Part shown: in pieces, positions 1 through 8,160 of the stretch
How positions within the stretch are numbered: position 1 is the stretch's first letter
Layout of the letters: the number at the start of each line of letters is the position of its first letter
DNA from: Dehalococcoidia bacterium
GTDB taxonomy: Bacteria; Chloroflexota; Dehalococcoidia; Bin125
Assembly (NCBI GenBank): GCA_965207695.1
Contig: CBDBNA010000005.1
Coordinates: 121,144-185,143 of the forward strand
Length of the DNA stretch: 64,000 nucleotides
Direction: 5' to 3'
Translations under genes and position numbers: made by a program
Notes under the pieces: model-generated
What the model saw: the letters and a program-made list of their open reading frames with translations, nothing else
Database searches by the model: none
What the model was told of the DNA's origin: nothing

Positions 1-62
1 CCCTCGCCGAAGCCGCCCGTGCCATCGTACCGCCCTTCGGGCGCGGGATCACCGCGTCCCTA

Positions 63-590
63 TTGAGACGTGCCGAAGGGTCGTGGGGTTCCCGTCCGTC
101 ACCCCCACCCCTCTCCCCGCCCTGTACCATGTCCACGGGCGGACCCACCGCCCAATCCGCGCGAAAGGGCGCCCGCGTGACCACCGAGCCGAAGTCTCCG
201 CCGCCTCCCGCCGCGCTCGGGCATAACGACGCGGCCCTGCACGATCAGGTCGGCCGTCTCTCCTCGCAACTGACGGAGTTGCGCGAGGAGGTGGAGCGGC
301 TGTCCGAGCGCAGCGTCTACGCCACTGCCATCACGACCTTGGCTTCGCCAGACTATGAACTCCTGCGTGACATCCCGATCACCGTGGAGGAGGATGGGGA
401 CGAAACCAGCGTCAGTTGGTTCGAGATCGGTCTGATGGGTGTGGACGACACCCCGGACGGAGCCCTCATTTCGTTTGAGAACCGCTTACTTCGCCTCTTC
501 GACGATCTCAACGCGATGGCGGATGACAAGTTGGGCCCACTCCCGTCTCGCTGGAAGCGGACGCTCGCGACGGTCATCCGTCACGCATGA
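63..590 (+). CDS. HicB-like antitoxin (UPF0150/HicB RNase-H-like fold); true start possibly at M at nt 129
   Basis: C-terminal segment PITVEEDGDETSVSWFEIGLMGVDDTPDGAL fits the HicB_lk_antitox pattern (..EeDGgyvA.vPeLpGc.sqGdTleEA). Its stop overlaps the next ORF's ATG by 4 bp (ATGA), which is typical TA coupling. Sits in a lower-GC patch. Confidence 0.45.
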   Translation: MRRAEGSWGSRPSPPPLSPPCTMSTGGPTAQSARKGARVTTEPKSPPPPAALGHNDAALHDQVGRLSSQLTELREEVERLSERSVYATAITTLASPDYELLRDIPITVEEDGDETSVSWFEIGLMGVDDTPDGALISFENRLLRLFDDLNAMADDKLGPLPSRWKRTLATVIRHA

Positions 591-883
591 AGCTTCCCGT
601 GTTCTCCTCGCGTGATGCCCAGCAAATGCTGCGGAAGCTCGGGATCGAGGCCGAGCAGACCAAAGAGGTGCACGGCAAGTTCTACTACGAGGGGAATCTC
701 ATCACCCAGTTCACGTTCCCGGGAAGCCACGGCGGGAGGGACTTGTCTCCGATCGTGAGGCAGTCCATCAGAAAGAACTCAAAACTCCCCCCGGAAGAAT
801 TCGTCAGGCTAATCAACTGTCCAATGCGACACGACGAGTACGTGGAAGCGCTCAAGAGGAAGGGCTTCATCCCGCCCGACTGA
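587..883 (+). CDS. HicA-like mRNA interferase toxin with a C-terminal extension
   Basis: KEVHGKFYY...FPGSHGGRDLSPIVRQSIRK resembles the HicA core (GSHh.f.hP....vPvHggkDLk.gtlksIlKq). About 56% GC against a roughly 70% background. Translationally coupled to the upstream ORF. Confidence 0.5.
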   Translation: MKLPVFSSRDAQQMLRKLGIEAEQTKEVHGKFYYEGNLITQFTFPGSHGGRDLSPIVRQSIRKNSKLPPEEFVRLINCPMRHDEYVEALKRKGFIPPD

Positions 884-1065
884 TCGGACGCCTGCGCCAG
901 ATGGACGAGGCCGGCCGGGTGCTACCCTTGGGACATGATGCAGTCGCTCAACGACGTGGCGCGCCCCCTCGCAACACGGGATGACCTGCACGCGGCCGAG
1001 ATCCGCGTCATCGGCGCCGTCGCGGCCATGCTCACCGTCGCGGTCCTGATTCTCAGCTTCACTTA

Positions 1066-1100
1066 GCCCCCGAGCCTGGCGTCGGGGGCGCTGCGCGTCC
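1066..1100. repeat. Short variant of the dispersed hairpin repeat (family A): CCCCCGAgcctggcGTCGGGGGCGCTGCGCGTCC
   Basis: Shares the GTCGGGGGCGCTtCGCGTC tail with the copies at 1216, 1356, 8360 and 7643. Contains an inverted repeat CCCCCGA/TCGGGGG. Confidence 0.4.
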
Positions 1101-1215
1101 GCGTGTCCGTAAGTGCTACAATGCGCGCGCCGGAGCCGGGGGCGCTACCCCCGCGGCCGTAGTGACCAAGGCATTGGACGGCCGCACCCCGTCGCCGGGG
1201 CGGCTCCGACACGCG

Positions 1216-1257
1216 CCCCCGACGATATATCGCGAGCCGTCGGGGGCGCTTCGCGTC
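1216..1257. repeat. Dispersed hairpin repeat family A, copy 1 (CCCCCGACGATATATCGCGAGCCGTCGGGGGCGCTTCGCGTC)
   Basis: Near-identical to the copies at 1356-1397 and 8360-8401. A 9-bp inverted repeat CCCCCGACG/CGTCGGGGG with a 13-nt loop. Confidence 0.8.
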
Positions 1258-1355
1258 TGCTAGACTGCTGGCGTGGGCGCGGGAGAGTTGCTAGCTCCCC
1301 GCGGGGCTGAGCCCTCTACGCTGGGGCCTCGTGGCAGCGATTGCCCACGCCAGCG

Positions 1356-1397
1356 CCCCCGACGATACATCGAGAGCCGTCGGGGGCGCTTCGCGTC
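1356..1397. repeat. Dispersed hairpin repeat family A, copy 2 (CCCCCGACGATACATCGAGAGCCGTCGGGGGCGCTTCGCGTC), about 30 bp upstream of the uvrD start
   Basis: Direct repeat of 1216-1257 (about 93% identity), lying 140 bp downstream of it. Confidence 0.8.
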
Positions 1398-1428
1398 CGA
1401 CCCCGACCGCCGCTGCTACGCTCCCCCC

Positions 1429-3894
1429 ATGCCGACCTCGCAGCGGCCCGACCTCCCCACCCTCGACCTCGACGGCCTCAACCCCGCCCAGCGCGAGGCG
1501 GTGACCGGGCCCGCCGGCCCGCTGCTCATCCTGGCCGGACCGGGCTCGGGCAAGACGCGCGTCATTGCCCACCGCATCGCCTGGCTGGTGCGCGAAACCG
1601 GCGTGCCGCCCTGGCGCATCCTGGCCGTCACCTTCACCAACAAGGCCGCCCGCGAGATGCGCGCCCGCGTCGAGGCGCTGCTGCCCGGCGGCCCCGACGA
1701 CCTCGGCACGCGCGGCATGGGGCTGGGCACCTTCCACGCCGTCTGCGCCCGCATCCTGCGCGCCGACGGCGAGGCGGTCGGCGTGCCGCGCGGCTTCGTC
1801 ATCTACGACGACGACGACCAGATCGCCATCGTCAAGCGCGCCCTCGAAGAGCTGTCGGTCGATACCCGCTACCACCCGGCCCGCCGCGTGCTGAGCGCCA
1901 TCTCGCGCGCCAAGAACGAGGGGCTGAGCGCCGAGACGGTGAGCGCCCACGCCGGCGACTACCGCCAGGAGGTCGTGGCGCGCTGCTTCGAGCGCTACCA
2001 GGCGGCGCTGCGCGAGAACGCGGCGGTCGATTTCGACGACCTGCTGGGCCGCACGCTGGAGCTGTTTGCGACGCAGCCGCCCGTCGCCGCGCGTTACCAG
2101 GAGCGGTTCGCGCACGTCCTGGTCGACGAGTTCCAGGACACGAACATCGTGCAGTACCGGCTGGCCCGCGCCTGGGCGGCCGGCCACGGCAGCCTGACCG
2201 TAGTGGGCGACCCCGACCAGTCGATCTACTCCTGGCGCGCCGCCGACATCCGCAACATCCTGCACTTCGCGCGCGACTTCCCCGACGCCACGACCGTGCG
2301 GCTCGAGCAGAACTACCGCTCGACCAAGGCCATCTGCCGCGCCGCCGACGCCGTCATCGACAAGGCCGCCGAGCGCATCCACAAGGAGCTTTGGACCGAC
2401 AACGCCGAGGGCGACCGCCCCGTCGTCTTCGAGGCCTACACCGAGGCCGAGGAGGCCGACGAGGTGGCCCGCGAGATCGAGTCGCGCATGGCCGCCGGCG
2501 ACTGGCGCCCCGGCGACGTCGCCGTCTGCTACCGCACCAACGCCCAGTCGCGCGTCGTCGAGGAGGCCTTCCTGCGCCGGGGCATCCCCTACCGGCTGAT
2601 CGGCGGCACGCGCTTCTACGCCCGCCGCGAGATCAAGGACCTGCTCGCCCTCTGCCGGCTGACCCTCAACCCGCACGACGACGTCGCCTTCGAGCGCATG
2701 GTCAACGTGCCGGGGCGCGGCGTCGGGCAGCGCACCCGCGCCCTGCTGCTCGACTGGGCCGACCGCCGCGACGCCTCGCTCTCGCAGGCCGCGCTGGCCG
2801 CCGTCCGCGGCACTGCATCACCCGACGGGGGCGACCCCCCGAGCGTCACGGCCCGCGCCCGCGCCGCCCTGCAGTCGTTCCTGGCCGTCGTGCAGGGCGC
2901 CCGCGAGCGCGCCGCGACGGGCACCGTCGAGCAGGTCATCGACCAGTTGCTGCGCGAGACCGGCTACCAGGACTACCTCTACCGCACCTTCGACGACGGC
3001 GAGGACCGCTGGAACAACGTGCAGGAGTTGCGCACCGTCGCGGCCAACTACGACGCCCTCGCCCCGGCGCCGAGCGAGGCCCTGCCCGACGCCCCCGGCG
3101 ACGAGGCCGCCGCGCCCGCCTCGGCGCTCGCCACCTTCCTGGCCGACGTCGCCCTCGTCGCCGACGTCGACAACCTCGAGGAGGGCCCGGCCGCCGTCAC
3201 GCTCATCACCCTGCACGCCGCCAAGGGCCTCGAGTTCCCCGCCGTCTTCCTCATCGGCATGGAGGAGAACATCCTGCCGCACGTGCGCTCCTTCGACGAC
3301 CCGTCGGCGCTCGAGGAGGAGCGCCGGCTCTGCTACGTGGGCATGACCCGCGCCCAGCGCTGGCTGTACTGCGGCTACGCCTTCCGCCGCGCGCTGGCCG
3401 GGCGGGCCGGGCACAACCCGCCCTCGCGCTACCTGGCCGACCTGCCGCCCGACGCGATCGACCGCCGCGGCCGCGCCGGCTCGTCGGCCCCCGGCCCGCT
3501 CAGCCCCGACGTGCGGCCGGCCCGCAACCGCTGGCTCACCTGGGACGACGCCGACTCGGCCCCGCCCGACCCGCGCGCCCGCGCCCGCCCCGCCGCCCCG
3601 CGCGCCCGTCCCGACCCCGACCGCTGGGACGGCGTCGACCCCGACCCCGACGCCCCACCCGCCCGCCGCCGCGTCCGCGAGGAGCCCGCCCCCTACGCCG
3701 CCGCGCCGCCGCCGCCCTCCCCCGCCGAGGCCCCCCTGCACCCCGGCGAGCGCGTCACGCATCGGGCCTTCGGACCCGGCGTCGTCGTGGCCGTCAAGTC
3801 CTCCGGCCGCGCCGACACCGAGATCACCGTCGCCTTCGACGGGGCGGGGATCAAGAAGCTGCTGCTGTCGCTCGCGCCGCTGGAGCGGGGGTAG
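1429..3894 (+). CDS. uvrD: ATP-dependent DNA helicase UvrD/PcrA (821 aa)
   Basis: Walker A GPGSGKT; helicase motifs (TFTNKAAREM, VLVDEFQDTN, VVGDPDQSIYSWRAA, QNYRST); C-terminal UvrD_C / Tudor-like tail. Start chosen at MPTSQRPDLPTLDLDGLNPAQREAV; the ORF-track N-terminal extension is upstream run-through. Confidence 0.9.
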   Translation: MPTSQRPDLPTLDLDGLNPAQREAVTGPAGPLLILAGPGSGKTRVIAHRIAWLVRETGVPPWRILAVTFTNKAAREMRARVEALLPGGPDDLGTRGMGLGTFHAVCARILRADGEAVGVPRGFVIYDDDDQIAIVKRALEELSVDTRYHPARRVLSAISRAKNEGLSAETVSAHAGDYRQEVVARCFERYQAALRENAAVDFDDLLGRTLELFATQPPVAARYQERFAHVLVDEFQDTNIVQYRLARAWAAGHGSLTVVGDPDQSIYSWRAADIRNILHFARDFPDATTVRLEQNYRSTKAICRAADAVIDKAAERIHKELWTDNAEGDRPVVFEAYTEAEEADEVAREIESRMAAGDWRPGDVAVCYRTNAQSRVVEEAFLRRGIPYRLIGGTRFYARREIKDLLALCRLTLNPHDDVAFERMVNVPGRGVGQRTRALLLDWADRRDASLSQAALAAVRGTASPDGGDPPSVTARARAALQSFLAVVQGARERAATGTVEQVIDQLLRETGYQDYLYRTFDDGEDRWNNVQELRTVAANYDALAPAPSEALPDAPGDEAAAPASALATFLADVALVADVDNLEEGPAAVTLITLHAAKGLEFPAVFLIGMEENILPHVRSFDDPSALEEERRLCYVGMTRAQRWLYCGYAFRRALAGRAGHNPPSRYLADLPPDAIDRRGRAGSSAPGPLSPDVRPARNRWLTWDDADSAPPDPRARARPAAPRARPDPDRWDGVDPDPDAPPARRRVREEPAPYAAAPPPPSPAEAPLHPGERVTHRAFGPGVVVAVKSSGRADTEITVAFDGAGIKKLLLSLAPLERG

Positions 3895-4034
3895 GGGCGG
3901 GGCAGCGCCCCTGTGTAAGATACGAAACATCCGTTCTTAGCGTTTCGCGCGCTTATGGTACCTCGGCGGTTGCTAGGTCGTTGCTCGTTGATACCGTGAC
4001 TCTCCGTCTTCTGAACGTGAAGGAGAATTACCCG

Positions 4035-5780
4035 ATGGACCTCACGGAAGCCGCAGCGCTGCTCGACAAGATTGCCGAAGAGCAATGCCACCCATTCAAG
4101 ATCGCGTCCGAGTTCAGGAAGCGGGCCGCGATCCCCGCGGATGCGGTAGTCCGGACCGCAGCTGCCGCTCTGCAGTACGACCTCACTGAGTCGGGCGAAT
4201 CGAGACGCGAGACATACGGGCCATTCGCTCCGATGCTCCAGACCGAAGACTTCGTGACGCCGCCGTATACGTGGGACGTACAAGACGACGTGCTGAATGC
4301 GTGGCAGCAACTTGCGGAGCTCGTCCATTCGCCGGTGGTCGCCGCCCGCCTCCAGGACTTGCTCTGGGTCACGAGCTTCGGCGAAGCCCCACACGAACAC
4401 GCGCGTGCCGCGATCAACAACTACATCTCGGCGTCAGCATTGCCCCACTGCGATGGGCTGGAGGCATTCGACTGCCTCGACCGGGCGTTCGATCTGTCCC
4501 GCCAACTCAATGTCCCCGGGGTGGGGGAACGTATCAGGCAGCGAGCTGTCGAAGAGCTTGTAGCCGAGTACAACCGCCTTGAGGCCGACGCACGTCCGGG
4601 CGTGGTGATCCGCCTCCTCACACTGCTGGTCAGCCTGCCCGCGGCCGATCAGCCGGATGATCTGCGCGGACTCCTGGACCAGGCTCACGTGCTCTTCGCG
4701 GGCAACTACCCAGACAATCGAATCGCACTGTTCCAGTTGCAACAGCGGCTCGCCCGCGGCGATCAAGCGGAGATTGAGCGCCTTCAGCGGGAAAGCGTCG
4801 AACTCTGGATCCAATGGGCGGCGCAGCAAGAGAGCGGCTGGCTTCGATTGGATGCCTTGGGCAAGGCCCTGGAGATCGCGAACAGCACAAGAACCACCGC
4901 GGACATGCGTGAGCCCATCCGGCTCATGATGCAGCAGACCGATCCGAGCGACCTCTACACCGAGTCGGCGGAGGTATCGTTCGAACTCCCGGCGGACGAG
5001 GTCGAGCGACTCATCGCTCTGATAGTCGGTGACGACAGCGTCGGTCGTGCCCTCGACCGCCTCGGCGCTTGGTGGCCTCCAACAGGCGACCTCCAGGAAA
5101 CTTCAGCTGCTGTTGATGAGCAGATGGAGAAGCTTGTGTTCTGGCGTCTCATCCCTCAGGTCATCACCGATCCCACGGGACATCCGCTTCGCGTCGTCGA
5201 CACTGACGAGGCAAAGCGTGCACTGGCAATGGTGCAGCACGGTGCATTTGCTGCGCGAGTCCATGCAGTGATCACAAGAAGAGCGCTCCTGGCGATTCAG
5301 GAAGCGTACGCCCCAGGCCAGCGAGAGCTTCATGAGGCCTTTCAGACCGCTCTAATCAACTCGCAACAGGCCGAGGTGTTTGCCAGGACGCTCCAACACT
5401 ACTGGGCCGGCCGGTTTGACGAGGCCATACACATCGCGCTGCCCCGCATCGAAGCTGTCCTTCGGCAAGCTCTGCTGATGGCAGGCGGCATCGCCCGCAA
5501 GCAACCGCATGGGGGGCGCTCTGGGGGGGTAAAGGCCCTCGGAGAAGTCCTTCAGGCACTGTCCCGGTGGATGCCCGAGGAGATGCGTTTCCCTTTCCGT
5601 GTCCTCCTGACCGATGACCGTGGCCTCAACTTACGAAATCGGTACATGCATGGTTTGCCTCCGCAGGACGAAAGCCAGCAAGCAACCGAGCAAGACGCCT
5701 CCCTCGTAATCCACATCATCACCCATCTTCGGCTGCTTAGTCTCCAACCATCAACGGAACCACCAGCGGACGACGACTAG
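4035..5780 (+). CDS. Hypothetical 581-aa all-alpha protein with a C-terminal HEPN-like domain (motif LRNRYMHG = R-x4-H-G); candidate RNase-type defense or abortive-infection protein
   Basis: Strong SD AAGGAG 9 bp upstream of the ATG. About 60% GC, clearly below the flanking genes. C-terminal ...IHIALPRIEAVLRQALLMAGG...LRNRYMHG fits the HEPN Rx4-6H signature. No similarity to housekeeping families that I recognise. Confidence 0.55.
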   Translation: MDLTEAAALLDKIAEEQCHPFKIASEFRKRAAIPADAVVRTAAAALQYDLTESGESRRETYGPFAPMLQTEDFVTPPYTWDVQDDVLNAWQQLAELVHSPVVAARLQDLLWVTSFGEAPHEHARAAINNYISASALPHCDGLEAFDCLDRAFDLSRQLNVPGVGERIRQRAVEELVAEYNRLEADARPGVVIRLLTLLVSLPAADQPDDLRGLLDQAHVLFAGNYPDNRIALFQLQQRLARGDQAEIERLQRESVELWIQWAAQQESGWLRLDALGKALEIANSTRTTADMREPIRLMMQQTDPSDLYTESAEVSFELPADEVERLIALIVGDDSVGRALDRLGAWWPPTGDLQETSAAVDEQMEKLVFWRLIPQVITDPTGHPLRVVDTDEAKRALAMVQHGAFAARVHAVITRRALLAIQEAYAPGQRELHEAFQTALINSQQAEVFARTLQHYWAGRFDEAIHIALPRIEAVLRQALLMAGGIARKQPHGGRSGGVKALGEVLQALSRWMPEEMRFPFRVLLTDDRGLNLRNRYMHGLPPQDESQQATEQDASLVIHIITHLRLLSLQPSTEPPADDD

Positions 5781-5785
5781 CCCCA

Positions 5786-5807
5786 CCCCCAACAGCACGG
5801 GGGCTTT
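5786..5807 (+). terminator. Possible intrinsic terminator (CCCCCaacagcacGGGGG followed by CTTT)
   Basis: A 5-bp GC stem immediately after the stop of the 4035-5780 gene, followed by a short T tract. Weak. Confidence 0.3.
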
Positions 5808-5874
5808 GAGTTGGCGCCGGTCCAGCGATTGTCCCCGCCTCGTATACTGCGCCGATGACAGCAAGGGGTGACCG

Positions 5875-6267
5875 ATGAGCAAGTGGAAGTGGGCCGCTGG
5901 GGCCATCGGCGTCATTGCGTTGGGCGCGTTCGCGGCGGCGTGGGCGCTCACCGAGGCAGACGTACTGCGCTGGGGCGCCACCGCCGCCCTGCACGACCGC
6001 ATTGAGGCCTTAGAGCGTCGGGCCGAGGCCGCGCCGAAGACGCCTGACTGGACCGTGCTCTCGCGCGAGGGGCCGGTGTTCCGCGTCGTCGGCGGCGCCC
6101 CCATCGTCGAAGCGTGCATCACCTACACGTCGCCGTCGGGCGTGCAAGAGCGCTGCCGCCTCATGGCGACGCGCGGCCCGGGCGGCGAAGCGGAGATGAT
6201 AGAAGACGTCGGCCCGTGCTGGGACCTGGCCCGCATCGGCGCCCCCCTGCCCGATTGCTGGCGCTGA
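5875..6267 (+). CDS. Hypothetical small secreted or membrane-anchored protein (130 aa)
   Basis: N-terminal hydrophobic segment WAAGAIGVIALGAFAAAWAL. RBS-like AAGGGG upstream. Lies inside the lower-GC island. Confidence 0.4.
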   Translation: MSKWKWAAGAIGVIALGAFAAAWALTEADVLRWGATAALHDRIEALERRAEAAPKTPDWTVLSREGPVFRVVGGAPIVEACITYTSPSGVQERCRLMATRGPGGEAEMIEDVGPCWDLARIGAPLPDCWR

Positions 6268-6273
6268 CCACAC

Positions 6274-6339
6274 CTACCCGGACATCCGCGGCGACGTGTG
6301 CATCTCCCTGCCCGCCCGCGGGCCCGCCGGCGACGGCAG
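6274..6339. repeat. 66-bp direct repeat B1 (CTACCCGGACATCCGCGGCGACGTGTGCATCTCCCTGCCCGCCCGCGGGCCCGCCGGCGACGGCAG)
   Basis: About 85% identical to 7578-7643. Together the two copies bracket the 6406-7575 gene. Confidence 0.8.
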
Positions 6340-6405
6340 TTCCGGGGACACCCGTCAGTTGGCACGCCGAGCTAGCATCGTGCGAGCATCCTTGAGCGGA
6401 TCCTG

Positions 6406-7575
6406 ATGACGAACAACCTGACCCTCTTCGACGACTTCGAGCGGACGAACACGTGCGAGAAGCCCTCAGCCCAGGAGATGGTCGATTTCATCAATGAGTC
6501 GGCTTGGCCATCGAGCGAGCGGGTCCGCGCCGTCTTCGAGCGGTGGTTCTCGCACTACCCCGACGATCGGAAGAAGAACCTACGTCGCCGCTTTCGCGAA
6601 GGTGCTCACCAGCACGACTCCGCGGCCTTCGAGCTCATGCTGCACGAACTCCTGCGCCGCCTGGATTTCGCGGTGGTCGTGGAGCCGGAACTCCGAGAGG
6701 GTCACGGAAGGCCGGACTTCGCGATCACGGACCGGCGTGGGCGCGCTTCGTACATCGAGGCGACCGTTGCGGAGTATACGGGTATGCGCCTCGGAGATCC
6801 GCTTCAGAACGAAGTCTTCGATACGATCAATGAGATACGTCCGCCGGACGGGATCGCATTGAGGGCAGACCCTCGCGGCGCGTTGGAGCAGGCCCCATCC
6901 CGCACGAGAGTCCAGGACACCGTCCGGGAGTGGCTGGAGGGGATCGATCCGGCACGCATCATCGACGGGGCGCCGGTCGAGAACCGGCGCCTCAAGTTCC
7001 GATGTGGGAAATGGAGGTTGAAGCTGACTGCGATTCCCTGGAAACGGGGCAACGCTCACCAGTTGATCCAGGCCGGGCCAATGCCTTTCAGCACCGACAT
7101 CGACGACGTCGCTTACTTGAAGAGCAAGCTACTTACCAAGGCACGCAAGTATCGCAACTTGGACAAGCCGTTGATCGTCGCCCTGAGCATCCCCGGCTCG
7201 CCCGTGGATGCCGACGGCCAGCTAGCGACGCTCTTCGGCGAGCGGGATGACTGCCACTCAATCGGGGGCGCTCACACGGTCGTGACGGGCACGGCTCGGA
7301 CTCCGGACTCAGCCTGGCTCGACAACGACGGGCCGCGTTCCCGGGGGCTCCATGGCGTCACGTTCTTTGGTGACTGGATGCAGTCCGTCGCCGGCTCTCA
7401 CGCCTGCACGTACATCAATCCCTTCATCGACGCCAAGATTCCCGACGAACTGCTTCAGTTAGGCAGTGCCCGGGTCGAAGACGGAACAGTCGTCTATGAG
7501 GAAGGCCCCCGCCTCGGGGAAATCCTCCGACTCCCCAAGGACTGGCCCGGCCCTCCGGGGATGCCGTCGGACTAG
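6406..7575 (+). CDS. Hypothetical 389-aa protein, possibly with a PD-(D/E)xK-like nuclease core; flanked by 66-bp direct repeats
   Basis: Lower GC in its 5' half. Segment AFELMLHELLRRLDFAVVVEPELREGHGRPDFAITD...ASYIEATV resembles an E...PD...ExK-type core with an atypical last position (T instead of K). No family that I recognise. Confidence 0.5.
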   Translation: MTNNLTLFDDFERTNTCEKPSAQEMVDFINESAWPSSERVRAVFERWFSHYPDDRKKNLRRRFREGAHQHDSAAFELMLHELLRRLDFAVVVEPELREGHGRPDFAITDRRGRASYIEATVAEYTGMRLGDPLQNEVFDTINEIRPPDGIALRADPRGALEQAPSRTRVQDTVREWLEGIDPARIIDGAPVENRRLKFRCGKWRLKLTAIPWKRGNAHQLIQAGPMPFSTDIDDVAYLKSKLLTKARKYRNLDKPLIVALSIPGSPVDADGQLATLFGERDDCHSIGGAHTVVTGTARTPDSAWLDNDGPRSRGLHGVTFFGDWMQSVAGSHACTYINPFIDAKIPDELLQLGSARVEDGTVVYEEGPRLGEILRLPKDWPGPPGMPSD

Positions 7576-7577
7576 CC

Positions 7578-7666
7578 CTACCCGAACATCCGCGGCGCCG
7601 TGTGCATCTCCCCGCCCGTCCACGGGTCGGCCAGCGACGGCAGCGCCGGGGGCGCTTCGCGTCCCC
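7578..7666. repeat. Direct repeat B2 (66 bp) fused to a partial family-A tail (CGCCGGGGGCGCTTCGCGTCCCCC)
   Basis: 7578-7643 matches 6274-6339. 7643-7666 matches the 3' part of the family-A repeat, so the A and B families appear to be related. Confidence 0.75.
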
Positions 7667-7704
7667 CACCCCCGCCCCTGCTACCCTCCACCCGAGGAGG
7701 CCCC

Positions 7705-8160
7705 ATGCCCACGTTCTCCGTCAACGACGACGCCCCCGACTGGCAACGCGACCACACCCGCCGCTACCTCGACTCGAACGGCGCCGACGGGCACGACTGG
7801 ATCGCGCCCAACGGCGACGGCCCCTACCCCACCCTGCTGCTGCTGACCGTCGGCCGGCGCAGCGGCGCCGAGCGCACGCTGCCCCTGATCTACGGCGATT
7901 ACGACGGCGCCTACGTGATCATCGCCTCGAAGGGCGGCGCGCCGGCCCACCCCTCCTGGTACGTCAACCTGGCCGCCAACCCCGAGGTCTGGGTGCAGGT
8001 GCGCGACCGCCGCACCGCCGCCACGGCCCGCACCGCCTCGGGCACCGAGCGCGCCGCCCTCTGGAAGCAGCTCGCCACCATCTACCCGCCCTACGACGAG
8101 TACCAGGAGCGCGCCAACCCGCGCGAGATCCCGGTCGTCGTGCTCGACCCGCACGACTAG
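7705..8160 (+). CDS. Deazaflavin (F420)-dependent nitroreductase/quinone reductase family protein (Ddn-like, PF04075)
   Basis: PTLLLLTVGRRSGAERTLPLIYGDYDGAYVIIASKGGAPAHPSWYVNLAANPEVWVQV is the characteristic family signature. RBS GAGGAGG upstream. Confidence 0.8.
   Translation: MPTFSVNDDAPDWQRDHTRRYLDSNGADGHDWIAPNGDGPYPTLLLLTVGRRSGAERTLPLIYGDYDGAYVIIASKGGAPAHPSWYVNLAANPEVWVQVRDRRTAATARTASGTERAALWKQLATIYPPYDEYQERANPREIPVVVLDPHD

Noticed and set aside
1341-5780. 1479-aa plus-strand ORF spanning uvrD and the downstream island
   Set aside because: Arg/Pro/Ala-rich garbage translation of the uvrD region in an alternative frame. Only the last 581 codons (from ATG 4035, with an AAGGAG RBS) look like a real gene. 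It is a high-GC open-frame artefact.
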